From NCBI GenBank assembly GCA_943371875.1, contig CALRWM010000001.1:79409-143408 (forward strand): a stretch of DNA of 64,000 nucleotides, given 5' to 3'. The stretch comes from Prosthecobacter debontii. Its GTDB lineage: Bacteria; Verrucomicrobiota; Verrucomicrobiia; Verrucomicrobiales; Verrucomicrobiaceae. The translations under genes and the position numbers were made by a program. The notes beneath the pieces are model-generated. The model made no database searches, was not told where the DNA came from, and saw only the letters and a list, made by a program, of their open reading frames with translations. Shown here in pieces: positions 9,205-19,696 of this stretch (positions are counted from its first letter, which is position 1; each line of letters starts with the position of its first letter).

Positions 9205-10935
9205 TCACCAGGTCGGCTTGGCAATGACCGGCTTGTGGCCAGTCACCTGCACTTCGTACCAGCCCGGAAATCCGCGCCATTTCACCCTGCCTTTGGCATT
9301 CGTTTTCAAAGTGACTTCCGTATGCCATCTGCGGCCAATCCATTCTTCCAGCAATTCACCGCGTTTGCGGATGCTCCAGTCCTTGTTCCAGGACGCGGCC
9401 GCAGGTTTCCAGTGCGAACCTTCCCAAAAGCCCCAGAGCAGAAAGCTGGTGTAAGCCGAATGGCTGAACACCGCGATGAGCATATCACGTGTGTAATCTG
9501 CCGCCAGCTCCTCATCCTCCGTCGTCACGATGTCATACTCGGTGATGCACTGATGCGGCACCACCTCTGCAAAGCGATCCGTCACAGCCAGCAGATGCTC
9601 AGGCGAAGGCAGGTAGCTTTCATCAAAGTGCGCCTGATTGCCGAGTCCATACACGGTGAGCCCCGCCTTGTTCAGTGATTCAATGTAAGTGAGCGTGTCA
9701 TCACATTGCGGCCCCGGACGGAACACCTGATCCTCGTTCACGCAGAAAGGCAGCTGGGTCAGTGATCTTGCCAGCTTGAAAACGTCACGATCCAGCTGCT
9801 CCAGACCGGGTCGCTTGTTTAGCATGTCCGCACCGTTCCAGGCGATGGGGTGGTTGATCACATCCCACTCAATCACGCGGTCTTTCACAAACTCCAGCCG
9901 CTCCTTCACACTGGCGAGCGTCCGCTCGCGAATGACCGCGCTGTCTTTGATGTCATGCAGATTGAACGGCGTGGCCACCTGCATCAGGTAATGCCCGCGC
10001 ACAGGAATGTGGCGCTCCGCGAGCCAGGCAAAGGCCTGGTCCAGCTCCGCATTCCGTTGAGCTTTGCGTTTCTCATCGAAATCCGGTGACCAGTTGCCAT
10101 CCTTCAAATCATTCTCAAACACCACGATGCTGAAGAGCCGGTCAATGATTTCGCGGTAGCGCTTGTCGTCATCGCTTTCACCGCTGAAACGCTTGGCCAC
10201 CACCGCTGTTCCAAACTCAAAGGCATGACGATGCAGCGTGAGTTTCACCTCTGTGTTTGCCGCCGGTTTGCCGTCATCACCCGTGACAATCATGGAGAGA
10301 TCCGCCTTGCGGTGCTGCTCGATGCGTTCCAGTGCCGCCTTGCGCCAGGGCGCATCTGGTTCACGGCCCGGGTAGCTTCGTTTGGTCATCTTGGCCCGCG
10401 GGAAACGGCTGACATCCGTGTTGGCCGGATACTTGAGCACACGAATGCTTTCGACCTCGATGCTCTGCTCCTTGTGTCCGCACAGCAGCACGACGGCAGT
10501 CGTGCCAGCCTGAATCGCTTCGCTGGAAACAAAAGTCACCGGCTGCTCCGTCCATTCAGGATGGATGTCCACGCCGACACTGTCGCCAAACGAAGTGTAA
10601 GGTGCTTTACGCAGCTGCAACTTCGCCTGAACATCCCCTGAGACCGCAGTGCCAACGACCCGCGCCTTGATGATCGCCAGCACCCGCTCGTCCTTCGCGA
10701 TTCCCTCGACCACTGACGCCGTAAATTGCACCGCGTAAGCCTTGACCGCATCCGGCTTCGTGATGACGATGCGCTTTCCGAGCGCCAAATCCTCCACTTT
10801 TCCAACTGCCGCAGAGGCAGATGCCTCCAGAGCAGATCCGCCACGCACATCCATGCCTCCGGGGGGCACCTCAAGCGCTTGCAGGCGGCAGACCGTGGCG
10901 AGAAAGAAGACCGTCAGGAAGCTCAGGCGTTTCAT
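9205..10935 (-). CDS. Secreted GH10-like (endo-xylanase fold) protein with N-terminal carbohydrate-binding-like domain; acid/base Glu replaced by His
   Basis: Signal peptide; FEFGTAV, FENDLK, VRGHYL, WDVINHP (canonical WDVxNEP), NQAH, ITEYD nucleophile motif, WGFWEG. Confidence 0.82.
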   Translation of the reverse strand: MKRLSFLTVFFLATVCRLQALEVPPGGMDVRGGSALEASASAAVGKVEDLALGKRIVITKPDAVKAYAVQFTASVVEGIAKDERVLAIIKARVVGTAVSGDVQAKLQLRKAPYTSFGDSVGVDIHPEWTEQPVTFVSSEAIQAGTTAVVLLCGHKEQSIEVESIRVLKYPANTDVSRFPRAKMTKRSYPGREPDAPWRKAALERIEQHRKADLSMIVTGDDGKPAANTEVKLTLHRHAFEFGTAVVAKRFSGESDDDKRYREIIDRLFSIVVFENDLKDGNWSPDFDEKRKAQRNAELDQAFAWLAERHIPVRGHYLMQVATPFNLHDIKDSAVIRERTLASVKERLEFVKDRVIEWDVINHPIAWNGADMLNKRPGLEQLDRDVFKLARSLTQLPFCVNEDQVFRPGPQCDDTLTYIESLNKAGLTVYGLGNQAHFDESYLPSPEHLLAVTDRFAEVVPHQCITEYDIVTTEDEELAADYTRDMLIAVFSHSAYTSFLLWGFWEGSHWKPAAASWNKDWSIRKRGELLEEWIGRRWHTEVTLKTNAKGRVKWRGFPGWYEVQVTGHKPVIAKPTW

Positions 10936-11001
10936 GGTGGCGGCGCACCTACCTCCGATTGTGCACTATTCAAGCCGGGAGCCGTCTGCCATGCCCACCT
11001 G

Positions 11002-11418
11002 CTACTTTTTGGATTTCTTATGCTCCGGCGTCATGGCGCCTTCTTTGCCCTCGGGCCAGCTGGCACCCTCGGTGATCCATTCGCGGATGAGGTTCACTTC
11101 ATCTTTGGGAATGCGGTGGCCTGTGGCAGGCATGGCTTTTTTGTCCTTGGCTGGCAGCGTCAGCACAAGATACAGCATGCTTTTCTCCGCATTTTTGGGC
11201 ACGATCACCGGCCCAGTTTTGCGCTTTTTGAAAGCCAGTGCACGAGTTTGCAAATTGAGATCTCCCAGCAGCGTCTCCGAGTTGTGGCACTCGACACAGC
11301 GATCAGCGAGGATCGGTTTGATTTGTTTCACAAAATCCACCGGTGAATCTCCGGCGGCATGGAGACCGGTGGTGGCTGCGAGGCAGGCGACGAGCGCGAT
11401 TCGAGAATGAATGTTCAT
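11002..11418 (-). CDS. Small exported planctomycete-type cytochrome c domain protein
   Basis: Signal peptide; VDFVKQIKPILADRCVECH heme motif, AMP distal Met, LIREWITEGA. Confidence 0.85.
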   Translation of the reverse strand: MNIHSRIALVACLAATTGLHAAGDSPVDFVKQIKPILADRCVECHNSETLLGDLNLQTRALAFKKRKTGPVIVPKNAEKSMLYLVLTLPAKDKKAMPATGHRIPKDEVNLIREWITEGASWPEGKEGAMTPEHKKSKK

Positions 11419-11531
11419 GGGGAAAGCATCCTTGATTTGCCGGAAGGCGTCTCGGCGTGGGTTGTGACTCAATGAGCGCATCTTGTCTCCTTCCCGGTTG
11501 CTCCTACGTGCGCGTGCCTGCATCATGTTGC

Positions 11532-11876
11532 ATGAACATCGACCAAATAACCGCCCGCATCTGTGCGTTTCGTGACGCCCGGGACTGGATGCAGTTTCAC
11601 AGCCCGAAGGAACTCGCCATCGCCATCACGGCGGAGGCGGGGGAGCTGCTGCAGCACTTCGTCTGGCAGCAGCCGGAGCAGATGGAGCAGCGAGTGAAGG
11701 ACAAAATGCCGGAATTGAAGGACGAAATGGCCGATGTGGCCATCCTGCTCTTTGAACTCGCGCACAATCTCGGCGTCGATCTCGGTCAGGCGATGCTCGA
11801 CAAGATTGAGCGCAATGAAACACGCTATCCCGTGGCGAAGGCACGTGGATCGAACGCCAAATACAACGAGCTGTGA
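11532..11876 (+). CDS. MazG-like nucleotide pyrophosphohydrolase (dCTP pyrophosphatase-like)
   Basis: RDWMQFHSPKELAIAITAEAGELLQHF, DEMADV, KIERNETRYP. Confidence 0.9.
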   Translation: MNIDQITARICAFRDARDWMQFHSPKELAIAITAEAGELLQHFVWQQPEQMEQRVKDKMPELKDEMADVAILLFELAHNLGVDLGQAMLDKIERNETRYPVAKARGSNAKYNEL

Positions 11877-12913
11877 GCGAAGCCGAAGTTCCAACACCGC
11901 ATCGTCGTCGTCCGCGTTATTCTGGCAAGAATCCGCGACGTTTTGAAGACAAATACAAGGAACTCAATCCTGAGCGCTATGCCGAGACCATTGCCAAGGT
12001 GCGCGCATCCGGGAAAACACCTGCAGGTCAGCATGTGCCGATTTTGCTGAGCAAGATTATGCAAATTCTTGCACCCCAGCCCGGCGAACGCGCCGTGGAC
12101 TGCACGCTGGGCTATGGCGGCCATGCCGGTGCTTTGCTCAAAGCCGTGCAACCGGGCGGCACCCTGCTCGCGCTCGATCAGGACCCTTTGGAAATTGTAC
12201 GCACTGAGGCGCGCTTGCGTGCCAGCGGTTGCGAAGAATCGGCCCTTGTCGTGAAGCGCATGAACTTCGCCGGGCTGCCCCGGGCCCTTGGCGAACTCGG
12301 CTGGAGCGATGGTGCGGACGTGCTGCTCGCCGACCTCGGCTGCTCCTCCATGCAGTTCGACAATCCCGCCCGTGGGTTCAGCTTCAAGCACGACGGCCCG
12401 CTCGACATGCGCATGAATCCGCAACGCGGTGTCTCTGCACGCGAGTTTCTGCAAAAACTCAGTGCTGAAAAGTTCACTGGCATTCTCAGCGACAATGCGG
12501 ATGAGCCGCACGCGAAACTGCTCGCTCAGGCATTGGCCGAAACCGACCACGCCACCACGCGTTCACTGGCCGAAGCGGTGCGCCGTGCGCTGCCGCACCG
12601 GGTGAATGAGGAGGACCGAGACGCCACCGTGCGCCGCGTTTTCCAGGCCTTGCGCATCGCCGTGAATGAGGAGTTTACCGCGCTGGACACTTTTTTGCGT
12701 CAATTGCCCACCTGTTTGCGCAGTGGTGCACGTGTCGCCATTCTCACCTTTCACTCGGGTGAGGACCGTCGTGTGAAGCATCTTTTTCGTGAAGGACTGC
12801 GCAGCGGTATTTTCAGCGCCACCAACGATGAGGTGATTCGTCCCACTTCGCAGGAGACCCGTGACAATCCTCGTGCAGCCCCGGCGAAGTTGAGGTGGGC
12901 GGTGAAGGCGTGA
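11873..12913 (+). CDS. RsmH/MraW family SAM-dependent methyltransferase, second paralogue with basic N-terminal extension
   Basis: HVPILL, DCTLGYGGHA, DLGCSSMQFD..RGFSFKHDGPLDMRM, FQALRIAVNEE, FHSGEDRRVK; GTGA overlap with MazG-like gene. Confidence 0.9.
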   Translation: MSEAEVPTPHRRRPRYSGKNPRRFEDKYKELNPERYAETIAKVRASGKTPAGQHVPILLSKIMQILAPQPGERAVDCTLGYGGHAGALLKAVQPGGTLLALDQDPLEIVRTEARLRASGCEESALVVKRMNFAGLPRALGELGWSDGADVLLADLGCSSMQFDNPARGFSFKHDGPLDMRMNPQRGVSAREFLQKLSAEKFTGILSDNADEPHAKLLAQALAETDHATTRSLAEAVRRALPHRVNEEDRDATVRRVFQALRIAVNEEFTALDTFLRQLPTCLRSGARVAILTFHSGEDRRVKHLFREGLRSGIFSATNDEVIRPTSQETRDNPRAAPAKLRWAVKA

Positions 12914-12947
12914 ATTGAAGTGCATTCATGATGCGTATGAGTGAGCC

Positions 12948-15900
12948 ATGTTCCAATCCGTTCGCTTTCTTCTCCTGTTAGGACTTTGTTTTCCATGGCT
13001 TGCGCATTCTGCGCTGCAGGAAACCTGGGAGACAGGTTATGCCAAAGAAGACGCCACCGGACCTCATGTGCTGGGGTTTTGGAAATTTGAGGAAGCGTCC
13101 AAGGATGTGGAGCTGCATGGGGCCGTCTTGAATCCGAAAGGGAAGTTTGGCGGGGCTTTGGAGTCGTTTCCGGGGTTTCCGGTTGAGGATCAACGACATG
13201 CGGCGGTGGTGGAGGTGAAGCCTGTGAAAGGGGCGTTCACTCTGGAGATGTGGATCAAGCCGAAGGCGGCGTTTGAACCGAGGCTGCGCTGCTTCCTGCT
13301 GGACAAGAAGTATGTCGATCACACGGACTACCAGTGGCAGCTTGGAGATGCAGATAAAGGCGGATTGAGGCGAATGTGGGTAACGTTAGGATTTGGAGAG
13401 CAATCGAAGACGATTTACTCGCTGCCGTTCAAGCTAGAGACGGACGTGTGGCAGCATGTGGCGTTTACGTATGATGGTGCAGGTGATGGAAAATTTTATC
13501 GGAATGGGGTGGCGGCGGGGGGCGCGAAGCTGGCAGGTTTTGGCAATGTGATGCAGGGAATGAAACCGTTGAGCATTGGGGACCGACTGGGGAGCAATTA
13601 TGGCGGGTTCCCGGGGTTGATCGATGAGGTGCGTGTTTGTGAGGGGGTGCTGAGTTTTGAGCGCATCTCGATGCAGATTGTGGCAGGGCGGAGTGTGTGG
13701 GGGCGGATGGAGACGGCGAAGCCGGTGGAGATTGTTTGCACTAATTTGCAACGAGAGGTGCTGAAGGCGGCGAGGCTCAAGGTGAGTGTTGGAGGGACAA
13801 CGGAGGAGTTTCTTGTGTCGGATTTGGCAATGGGGAAGAGTTTTACGGCCAAATATTTGTTCAACACGGCGCTCAAGGTGGATGACTATGAATTGAGGGC
13901 GCGGTTTGAGACGGGTGATTATGCGACCGAGCAAGCGGCCACGCTGAAACTGGTGGCGCGGGTGCCGGAGCGGATGCCGGTGATCATGTGGGGGGCGAGT
14001 GGTGAGGAGATGGCGCGGGTGAAGGATCTTGGCTTCACGCACTTTATTGGACTGGGCGCGGACTACAGTGAGATGTGGCATCAGAAGAAGATTGTGCCGC
14101 CGGCGAAGCCGGAGGTGATTGCGAAGAACCGGGCGATGCTTGATCAGGCGCTGGCGAATGGGCTGGAGGTCATTGCGAGTTTGTCGCCGGCTGCGGCGCT
14201 GGAGAAGGAGGACAAAAATTTGCGGGTGGGGCGTGATGGGAAGGCTTATGCGCGGCAGGACATCTGTGCGTCGTTGCCGGACTTTGCTTCTTTCTTTCAA
14301 GTGGTGGGCATGAGTGTGGCGAAGGCGTATGGGGATCATCCGGCGTTCACCACGGCGTTGATTGATTCGGAAGTGCGGGACAACAGCCAGGTGAGTTTTA
14401 ATGGGGTGGATGTGGAGGCGTATCAGAAGTTTGCGAAGGCGGAGATTCCTGCGGAGGTGTCGGCGAAGTGGGGGGTGGACTGGACGAAGATGAAGGACTT
14501 TCCGGTGGATCGTGTGATCGCGGATGATCATCCTGTTTTGAAGTATCTGCGCTGGTTCTGGACGGTGGGGGATGGCTGGAATGGACTGCATACGGCGCTG
14601 CACAAGGGGGTGAAGAGCAGCAAGGTGTGGACGTTTTTTGATCCGGCGGTGCGGCAACCGAGCATCAGCGGGGCGGGTGGGGGCGTGGATGTGATCTCGC
14701 ACTGGACTTATACTTATCCTGATCCGCTGAAGATTGGGATGTGTGCGGATCAGCTTTTCGCGATGAGTGCTGCGAGCGGCAGGAATCAGCGGGTGATGAA
14801 GATGACGCAGTTGATCTGGTATCGATCACAGACGGCACCGATTGGCAGCAAGGCGCCGGGGGAGGTGGTGGCGTGGCAGGATCATGATCCTGAGGCGGCG
14901 TACATCACGATCGCGCCGATGCATCTGAAGGAGGCGCTGTGGACGAAGATCGCGCGGCCGATTCAGGGCATCATGTATCACGGGTGGCAGTCGCTGGTGG
15001 AGACGGGAAGCCCTGGGGGTTATCGGTACACGAATTCAAACACGGCGCCGGTGCTCAAGCAATTGCTGCATGATGTGATCGAGCCGCTGGGGCCGTCGCT
15101 GATGGCGATTCCGGATGAACGGAGTGAAGTGGCGTTTTTGGAGAGTTTTACTTCGCAGATGTTCGCGCATCGCGGCAGCTACGGCAACAACACGGACTGG
15201 GCGGCGGATGTGTGGCTGGCGCTGCAGCATGCGCATGTGCAGACGGACATCATGTATGAAGAGACACTGCTCAAGAATGGGCTGAGCGGTCGCAAGGTGC
15301 TCATCATGCCGTATTGCGATGTGCTGACGAAGGGCGTGGTGACGCGGATTCAGGACTGGCAGAAGAAGGGCGGCAAGATCGTGGCGGATGAGTTTCTGTG
15401 TCCGGCGCTGAAAGCGGACTTCATGCTGCCGAGTTTCAAGCGGGTGAAGAAGGCGGATGAGGACAAGGCGAAGGTGCTCGAAATGGCGCGGACGGTGGGC
15501 GGCTTTGCGCTGCCGCAGAAAGCGATGTGCGACAATCCGGAGATCATTGTGCGCACGCGGAAGTTTGGTGATGCGACCTATGTGTTTGTGGTGAACGACA
15601 AACGCGAGTTCGGCAACTACGTGGGCCAGCATGGGCTGGTGATGGAAAACGGGGTGCCATCGAGCGGCGTGGTGAGCTTGAAGGTGGAATCAGCGAATGT
15701 GTATGAACTGACGGGCACGCAGTTCATCGTGCCGAAACGTGGCACTGATGGTTTGATGAGCTGGCCGGTGGATCTGGGGCCCTGCGACGGGCGTATCTTC
15801 ATGGTGCTGCCGAAGCCGCTGCTGGGCTTGAAGCTGGAGGTGCCGGAGAATGCGGTGGTGGGGAACAGCGCGAAGATTGCGGTCAGCATCACCACCACTC

Positions 15901-16118
15901 AGGAGGCACCGACGAAGGCGGTGATTCCGGTGCGGGTGGATGTTCGTGATGCGAACGGGAAAGCTGCGGAAGGGAGCGGGTTTTATGCCGCTGAGAATGG
16001 CATCGTGGAAATCAAACTGGACCTGGCGCCGAATGAAGATCCGGGCACTTGGGAAGTGCGGGTGAAGGAACTGGCGAGCGGGATGGAGGCGCGGAAGTGG
16101 ATGCGAGTGGGGAGGTAA
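12948..16118 (+). CDS. Large secreted protein: LamG/concanavalin-like domain + GH42-like TIM barrel + beta-galactosidase trimerisation-like domain + C-terminal Ig-like domain
   Basis: Signal peptide; FTLEMWIKP..WQHVAFTYD..GLIDEVRV LamG motifs; IDSEVRD; KVLIMPYCDVLT..IQDWQKKGGKIVAD class I GATase-like segment. Confidence 0.7.
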   Translation: MFQSVRFLLLLGLCFPWLAHSALQETWETGYAKEDATGPHVLGFWKFEEASKDVELHGAVLNPKGKFGGALESFPGFPVEDQRHAAVVEVKPVKGAFTLEMWIKPKAAFEPRLRCFLLDKKYVDHTDYQWQLGDADKGGLRRMWVTLGFGEQSKTIYSLPFKLETDVWQHVAFTYDGAGDGKFYRNGVAAGGAKLAGFGNVMQGMKPLSIGDRLGSNYGGFPGLIDEVRVCEGVLSFERISMQIVAGRSVWGRMETAKPVEIVCTNLQREVLKAARLKVSVGGTTEEFLVSDLAMGKSFTAKYLFNTALKVDDYELRARFETGDYATEQAATLKLVARVPERMPVIMWGASGEEMARVKDLGFTHFIGLGADYSEMWHQKKIVPPAKPEVIAKNRAMLDQALANGLEVIASLSPAAALEKEDKNLRVGRDGKAYARQDICASLPDFASFFQVVGMSVAKAYGDHPAFTTALIDSEVRDNSQVSFNGVDVEAYQKFAKAEIPAEVSAKWGVDWTKMKDFPVDRVIADDHPVLKYLRWFWTVGDGWNGLHTALHKGVKSSKVWTFFDPAVRQPSISGAGGGVDVISHWTYTYPDPLKIGMCADQLFAMSAASGRNQRVMKMTQLIWYRSQTAPIGSKAPGEVVAWQDHDPEAAYITIAPMHLKEALWTKIARPIQGIMYHGWQSLVETGSPGGYRYTNSNTAPVLKQLLHDVIEPLGPSLMAIPDERSEVAFLESFTSQMFAHRGSYGNNTDWAADVWLALQHAHVQTDIMYEETLLKNGLSGRKVLIMPYCDVLTKGVVTRIQDWQKKGGKIVADEFLCPALKADFMLPSFKRVKKADEDKAKVLEMARTVGGFALPQKAMCDNPEIIVRTRKFGDATYVFVVNDKREFGNYVGQHGLVMENGVPSSGVVSLKVESANVYELTGTQFIVPKRGTDGLMSWPVDLGPCDGRIFMVLPKPLLGLKLEVPENAVVGNSAKIAVSITTTQEAPTKAVIPVRVDVRDANGKAAEGSGFYAAENGIVEIKLDLAPNEDPGTWEVRVKELASGMEARKWMRVGR

Positions 16119-16347
16119 TTATGAAGGATGAATTATGAATTAAGAAGGATAAGCCGAGCGCAGCGAATCAATGACGAATGGCCGGGTGTGGGGGAGCGCT
16201 GAGGTGGCACACCGGAGGGTGCAGATGAAGTGAGAGGGATGGGGACGTTTGGACGGTTTTTGTTCCGGCAAAGGAATGGTGAGCAAAGGAATGGATTCTG
16301 AGGGGAGTCCTGAGTTGAGGCACCGCAGAGATGGGAACGCCGCAGAG
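16116..16347. repeat. Mosaic of short tandem/direct repeats downstream of the LamG gene
   Basis: TAATT-ATGAAGG-ATGAATT-ATGAATT-AAGAAGG (7-mer period); gcaaaggaatgg x2 (16268, 16283); ccgcagag x2 (16323, 16340). Confidence 0.8.
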
Positions 16348-16496
16348 GTTTTTCAGAAACGGTCTTTGGGGTGGTCCAGGCTTGCGGTGTTCAATCTGGG
16401 GGGCTCAGGAGATGTGCATGAATCACCGTGTGTTGCTCGTGATGGGGATCCCGTCTGATGCGGTTTCTTCGGTCTGGGCCTCGTTGAGGCGGAAGA

Positions 16497-16571
16497 TGGT
16501 GCGCGGAGAGGGATTCGAACCCCCGACCAACTCGGTGTAAACGAGCCGCTCTACCACTGAGCTATCCACGC
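16497..16571 (-). tRNA. tRNA-Val (anticodon TAC), CCA encoded
   Basis: Reverse complement GCGTGGA TAGCTCAGTGGTAGAGC G GCTCG TT-TAC-AC CGAGT TGGTC GGGGGTTCGAATCCCTC TCCGCGC ACCA folds as a cloverleaf. Confidence 0.97.
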
Positions 16572-16614
16572 TGGATTTCTGAATCCCAGTTAATCAGGCA
16601 TGATTTAAGCCAAG

Positions 16615-19600
16615 TCAAATACCCTTGTTGATGACTCTGCCAAACCGTGCATACAAGGCCGGGAGGAGGAAGAGATTTAGAAGGGTGCTGGTGACGAGGC
16701 CGCCGAGGATTACGAGGGCCATGGGGCGTTCGATTTCATTGCCGGGGACGTTGCCTTTGAGCACGAGGGGCAGCAGGGCCAGGGCAGCGGTGGAGGCGGT
16801 CATGAGGATGGGGATGAGGCGCTCGGCACTGCCTTCGAGTACGAGATCGAGGCCGAAGGGACGGGCTTCGTCGGTCTGCAAGTGGCGGTAATGGCTGACG
16901 AGGAGGATGCCATTGCGCGCGGCGATGCCGAGGACTGTGACAAAGCCGACGAGGGAACCGAGTGACAGCACGCCGCCGCCCAGCCATGCGGCCATGACGC
17001 CGCCAATGAGGGCAAATGGCAGGGTGAGTGCGATGAGCAGTACCAGACGTGGTGATTGGAAATCGGCGAGGAGGAGGGCGAGGATGCCTGCGAAGGATGC
17101 GAGGGCGAGCCAGCCGAGGCGGCTTTGGGCGGACTGGCGTTCGGCCCATTCACCGAGGATTTCTGGATGATAGCCTGCGGGGAACGGGACCTTATTGACG
17201 CGCTCTTCGATCTCTTTAGCCACTTCTCCGAGGGCGCGGCCAGTGACGTTGCAGGTCACATCGATGCGGCGTGAAGCGCCTTCGCGTTTGATGGCATTGG
17301 GGGTCGGGACGATGGAGAGGTCGGCGACATCGGCGAGGCGTACATGGCCGCCGGCGGGTGTTTCGATGAGAAGCTCGCGCAGCGTGGTGTAATCGGCCCG
17401 CACGGCGGGCAGGCTCCAGACGGTGACGTCATGCACGCGCTGGTCCTGATACACCTCGCCGACTTTCCTGCCGCTGATGAGGGTGGTCACGGCCTGGCGC
17501 ACCTTGCCTGCGGTGAGACCGTGCAGTGCGGCGGATTCGGGGCGCAGCTTGACGGTGATCTGGGGCACGAGGGTGAGGGATTCGACCTTCAAGGCGCTGA
17601 CGCCGGGAACGTCTTTCAAGGTGGCACCGACGGCCGCTGCGCGATCACGCAGGACATCAAGATCGGAGCCGAAGATGCGCACGACGATGCTGGCGCTGGC
17701 ACCGGTGAGGACTTCCTTCACGCGTTCCCGCAGGAAGGTGAGTAGATCGCGCGTGAGGCCGGGATAGCCATCGACAACGGACTGCGCTTTGTGAATTGTT
17801 CCATCGTAGTCGACATTCGGATCGAGGCTGATCCATAGTTCGGTGAAGTCGGGGCCGACGACTTCATCGGCGACTTCCGCGCGACCGATGTGAGCGCCGA
17901 GATTTCGCACGCCGGGAATCGCACGCAGATCCTTGCTGGCGGCGATGGTGATGCGGGTGCTCGCCTCGACTGAGGTATTCGGTTTTTCCAGCCAGTGCAT
18001 GAGGAAGTCGCGCTCCTTGAAGTTTGGCAGAAACTCCTCCTTGAGCTGAGTGTGCCAGATGAAGCCGGTGAAGGCAAAGGCGCCGGTGAGAACGAGCAGA
18101 GCGAGCCAGGGGCTGCGTGCAAACATTGGCAAGATAGCGCGGTAGGCTGCCTTGAGGCCGCGTGCAACGAAGGCATCCCGATGCTGGCCCGTTTTTACAT
18201 TTAGCAGCATCAAGCTCAATGCAGGGGTCACCGTCAGCGCCACGACGAGTGAGGCGCTGATGGCGAGAATGTAGGAGAGGGCCAGCGGCTGGAAAAATGT
18301 GCCTGCCAGACCTGGCAGGAAGAACACCGGGATGAACACGAGCACGATGATGACGCTGGCATAGACGACAGCGCTGCGCACCTCCAGCGAGGCATCGAGC
18401 ACGACGCTCAGTTTTGGTTTGGGCGTGGCAAGCGTGGCGTTTTGCCGCAGACGGCGGAGGATGTTTTCCACATCGATGATGGCATCATCCACGACTTCGC
18501 CGAGCGCGATGATGAGACCTGCGAGGATCATGGTGTTGATCGTTTCGCCGCGCCAGGCGAGGAAGAGCAGTGCGATGGCGAGCGAGAGCGGGATGGCGGT
18601 GAGGCTGATGACGGTGGTGCGCCAGTCGCCAAGAAATAACGCGAGCACGACGACGACGAGCAGACAGCCGAGCCAGAGGGCCTCGGTGAGGTGATCCATG
18701 GAGAGCTGAATGAAGGTGGCGGGGCGGAAGATGGTGCTGTCCACGTCCACGCCGGGCAAAGCGGGCTTCAGTTCTTCCAGCATCTTTTCGACGCCATGTG
18801 TGACATCGAGGGTGTTTCCCCAGGGCTGCTTTTCGACGATGAGCAGGATGCCGGGGCCATCATTGATGACGCCGTCGCCGATTGGTGCCGGATTACCGAT
18901 CTTCACCTCCGCGACATCGCCAAGACGGATGGGAGCGCCGTTGCGAAACTCGACCACGGTGCGCGCCAGATCCTCGGGTGTGACGATCAGGGCAAGCTGG
19001 GCCACGCTGAGGCGCTGATTTGGGGTGTCGATGAAACCGCCGGCGCTGATCACCGCAGCATCACCAGCGGCCTTGGTGACCGCATCCAGCGTCACACCGG
19101 CAGCGCGCAGGCGCTGGGGATCAACGAGGACCTGGAACTGTTTGTCGCGCTGTCCCCAGATGGCGACATTGGCGACGCCACGCACGGACATGAGGCGGGG
19201 GCGGATGGTCCAGCGCGACAATTCGCTGAGCTCCATCTGCGACAATGTCTTCGATGTAAGGCCCACTTTCAGCACCCGGCTCAAGGATGAATACGGCGAC
19301 ATGAGGACCGGGGGCTTGACCACGGCAGGCAGCCGATTCTGCGCGAGGTTCAGCCGTTCCTGCACCAGCTGGCGTGCTTTGAGGATGTCCGTGCCGGTGT
19401 CGAAGATCATCACCACCGACGACAAACCGAGCACTGACTTTGAGCGCAGGGTCTTGAGGAATGGCAGGCCATTGAGCGAGTTTTCCAGAGGCACGGTGAC
19501 GAGTGCATCGACTTCTTCCGTGGAAAGACCCGGGGCTTCGGTTTGAACTTCGACCAGGGGCGGTGCGAATTCTGGAAACACATCCAGAGGTGCATTCTTC

Positions 19601-19692
19601 GTCGCGTTGATGCCGACCAGCAGCAGCGCAAGTGCGCCAGCAACAACGAGTACGCGCATGTTCAGCGCCCAAGTGACAATGGCATTCAGCAT
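16615..19692 (-). CDS. CusA/CzcA-family heavy-metal efflux RND transporter
   Basis: [57 protein letters not shown]; 1025 aa. Confidence 0.95.
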   Translation of the reverse strand: MLNAIVTWALNMRVLVVAGALALLLVGINATKNAPLDVFPEFAPPLVEVQTEAPGLSTEEVDALVTVPLENSLNGLPFLKTLRSKSVLGLSSVVMIFDTGTDILKARQLVQERLNLAQNRLPAVVKPPVLMSPYSSLSRVLKVGLTSKTLSQMELSELSRWTIRPRLMSVRGVANVAIWGQRDKQFQVLVDPQRLRAAGVTLDAVTKAAGDAAVISAGGFIDTPNQRLSVAQLALIVTPEDLARTVVEFRNGAPIRLGDVAEVKIGNPAPIGDGVINDGPGILLIVEKQPWGNTLDVTHGVEKMLEELKPALPGVDVDSTIFRPATFIQLSMDHLTEALWLGCLLVVVVLALFLGDWRTTVISLTAIPLSLAIALLFLAWRGETINTMILAGLIIALGEVVDDAIIDVENILRRLRQNATLATPKPKLSVVLDASLEVRSAVVYASVIIVLVFIPVFFLPGLAGTFFQPLALSYILAISASLVVALTVTPALSLMLLNVKTGQHRDAFVARGLKAAYRAILPMFARSPWLALLVLTGAFAFTGFIWHTQLKEEFLPNFKERDFLMHWLEKPNTSVEASTRITIAASKDLRAIPGVRNLGAHIGRAEVADEVVGPDFTELWISLDPNVDYDGTIHKAQSVVDGYPGLTRDLLTFLRERVKEVLTGASASIVVRIFGSDLDVLRDRAAAVGATLKDVPGVSALKVESLTLVPQITVKLRPESAALHGLTAGKVRQAVTTLISGRKVGEVYQDQRVHDVTVWSLPAVRADYTTLRELLIETPAGGHVRLADVADLSIVPTPNAIKREGASRRIDVTCNVTGRALGEVAKEIEERVNKVPFPAGYHPEILGEWAERQSAQSRLGWLALASFAGILALLLADFQSPRLVLLIALTLPFALIGGVMAAWLGGGVLSLGSLVGFVTVLGIAARNGILLVSHYRHLQTDEARPFGLDLVLEGSAERLIPILMTASTAALALLPLVLKGNVPGNEIERPMALVILGGLVTSTLLNLFLLPALYARFGRVINKGI

Positions 19693-19696
19693 GGCG

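Noticed and set aside
16589-16618. tRNA promoter overlapping the RND stop codon (TTGACT on the minus strand)
   Set aside because: Good -35 but no convincing -10 at 16-18 bp spacing.
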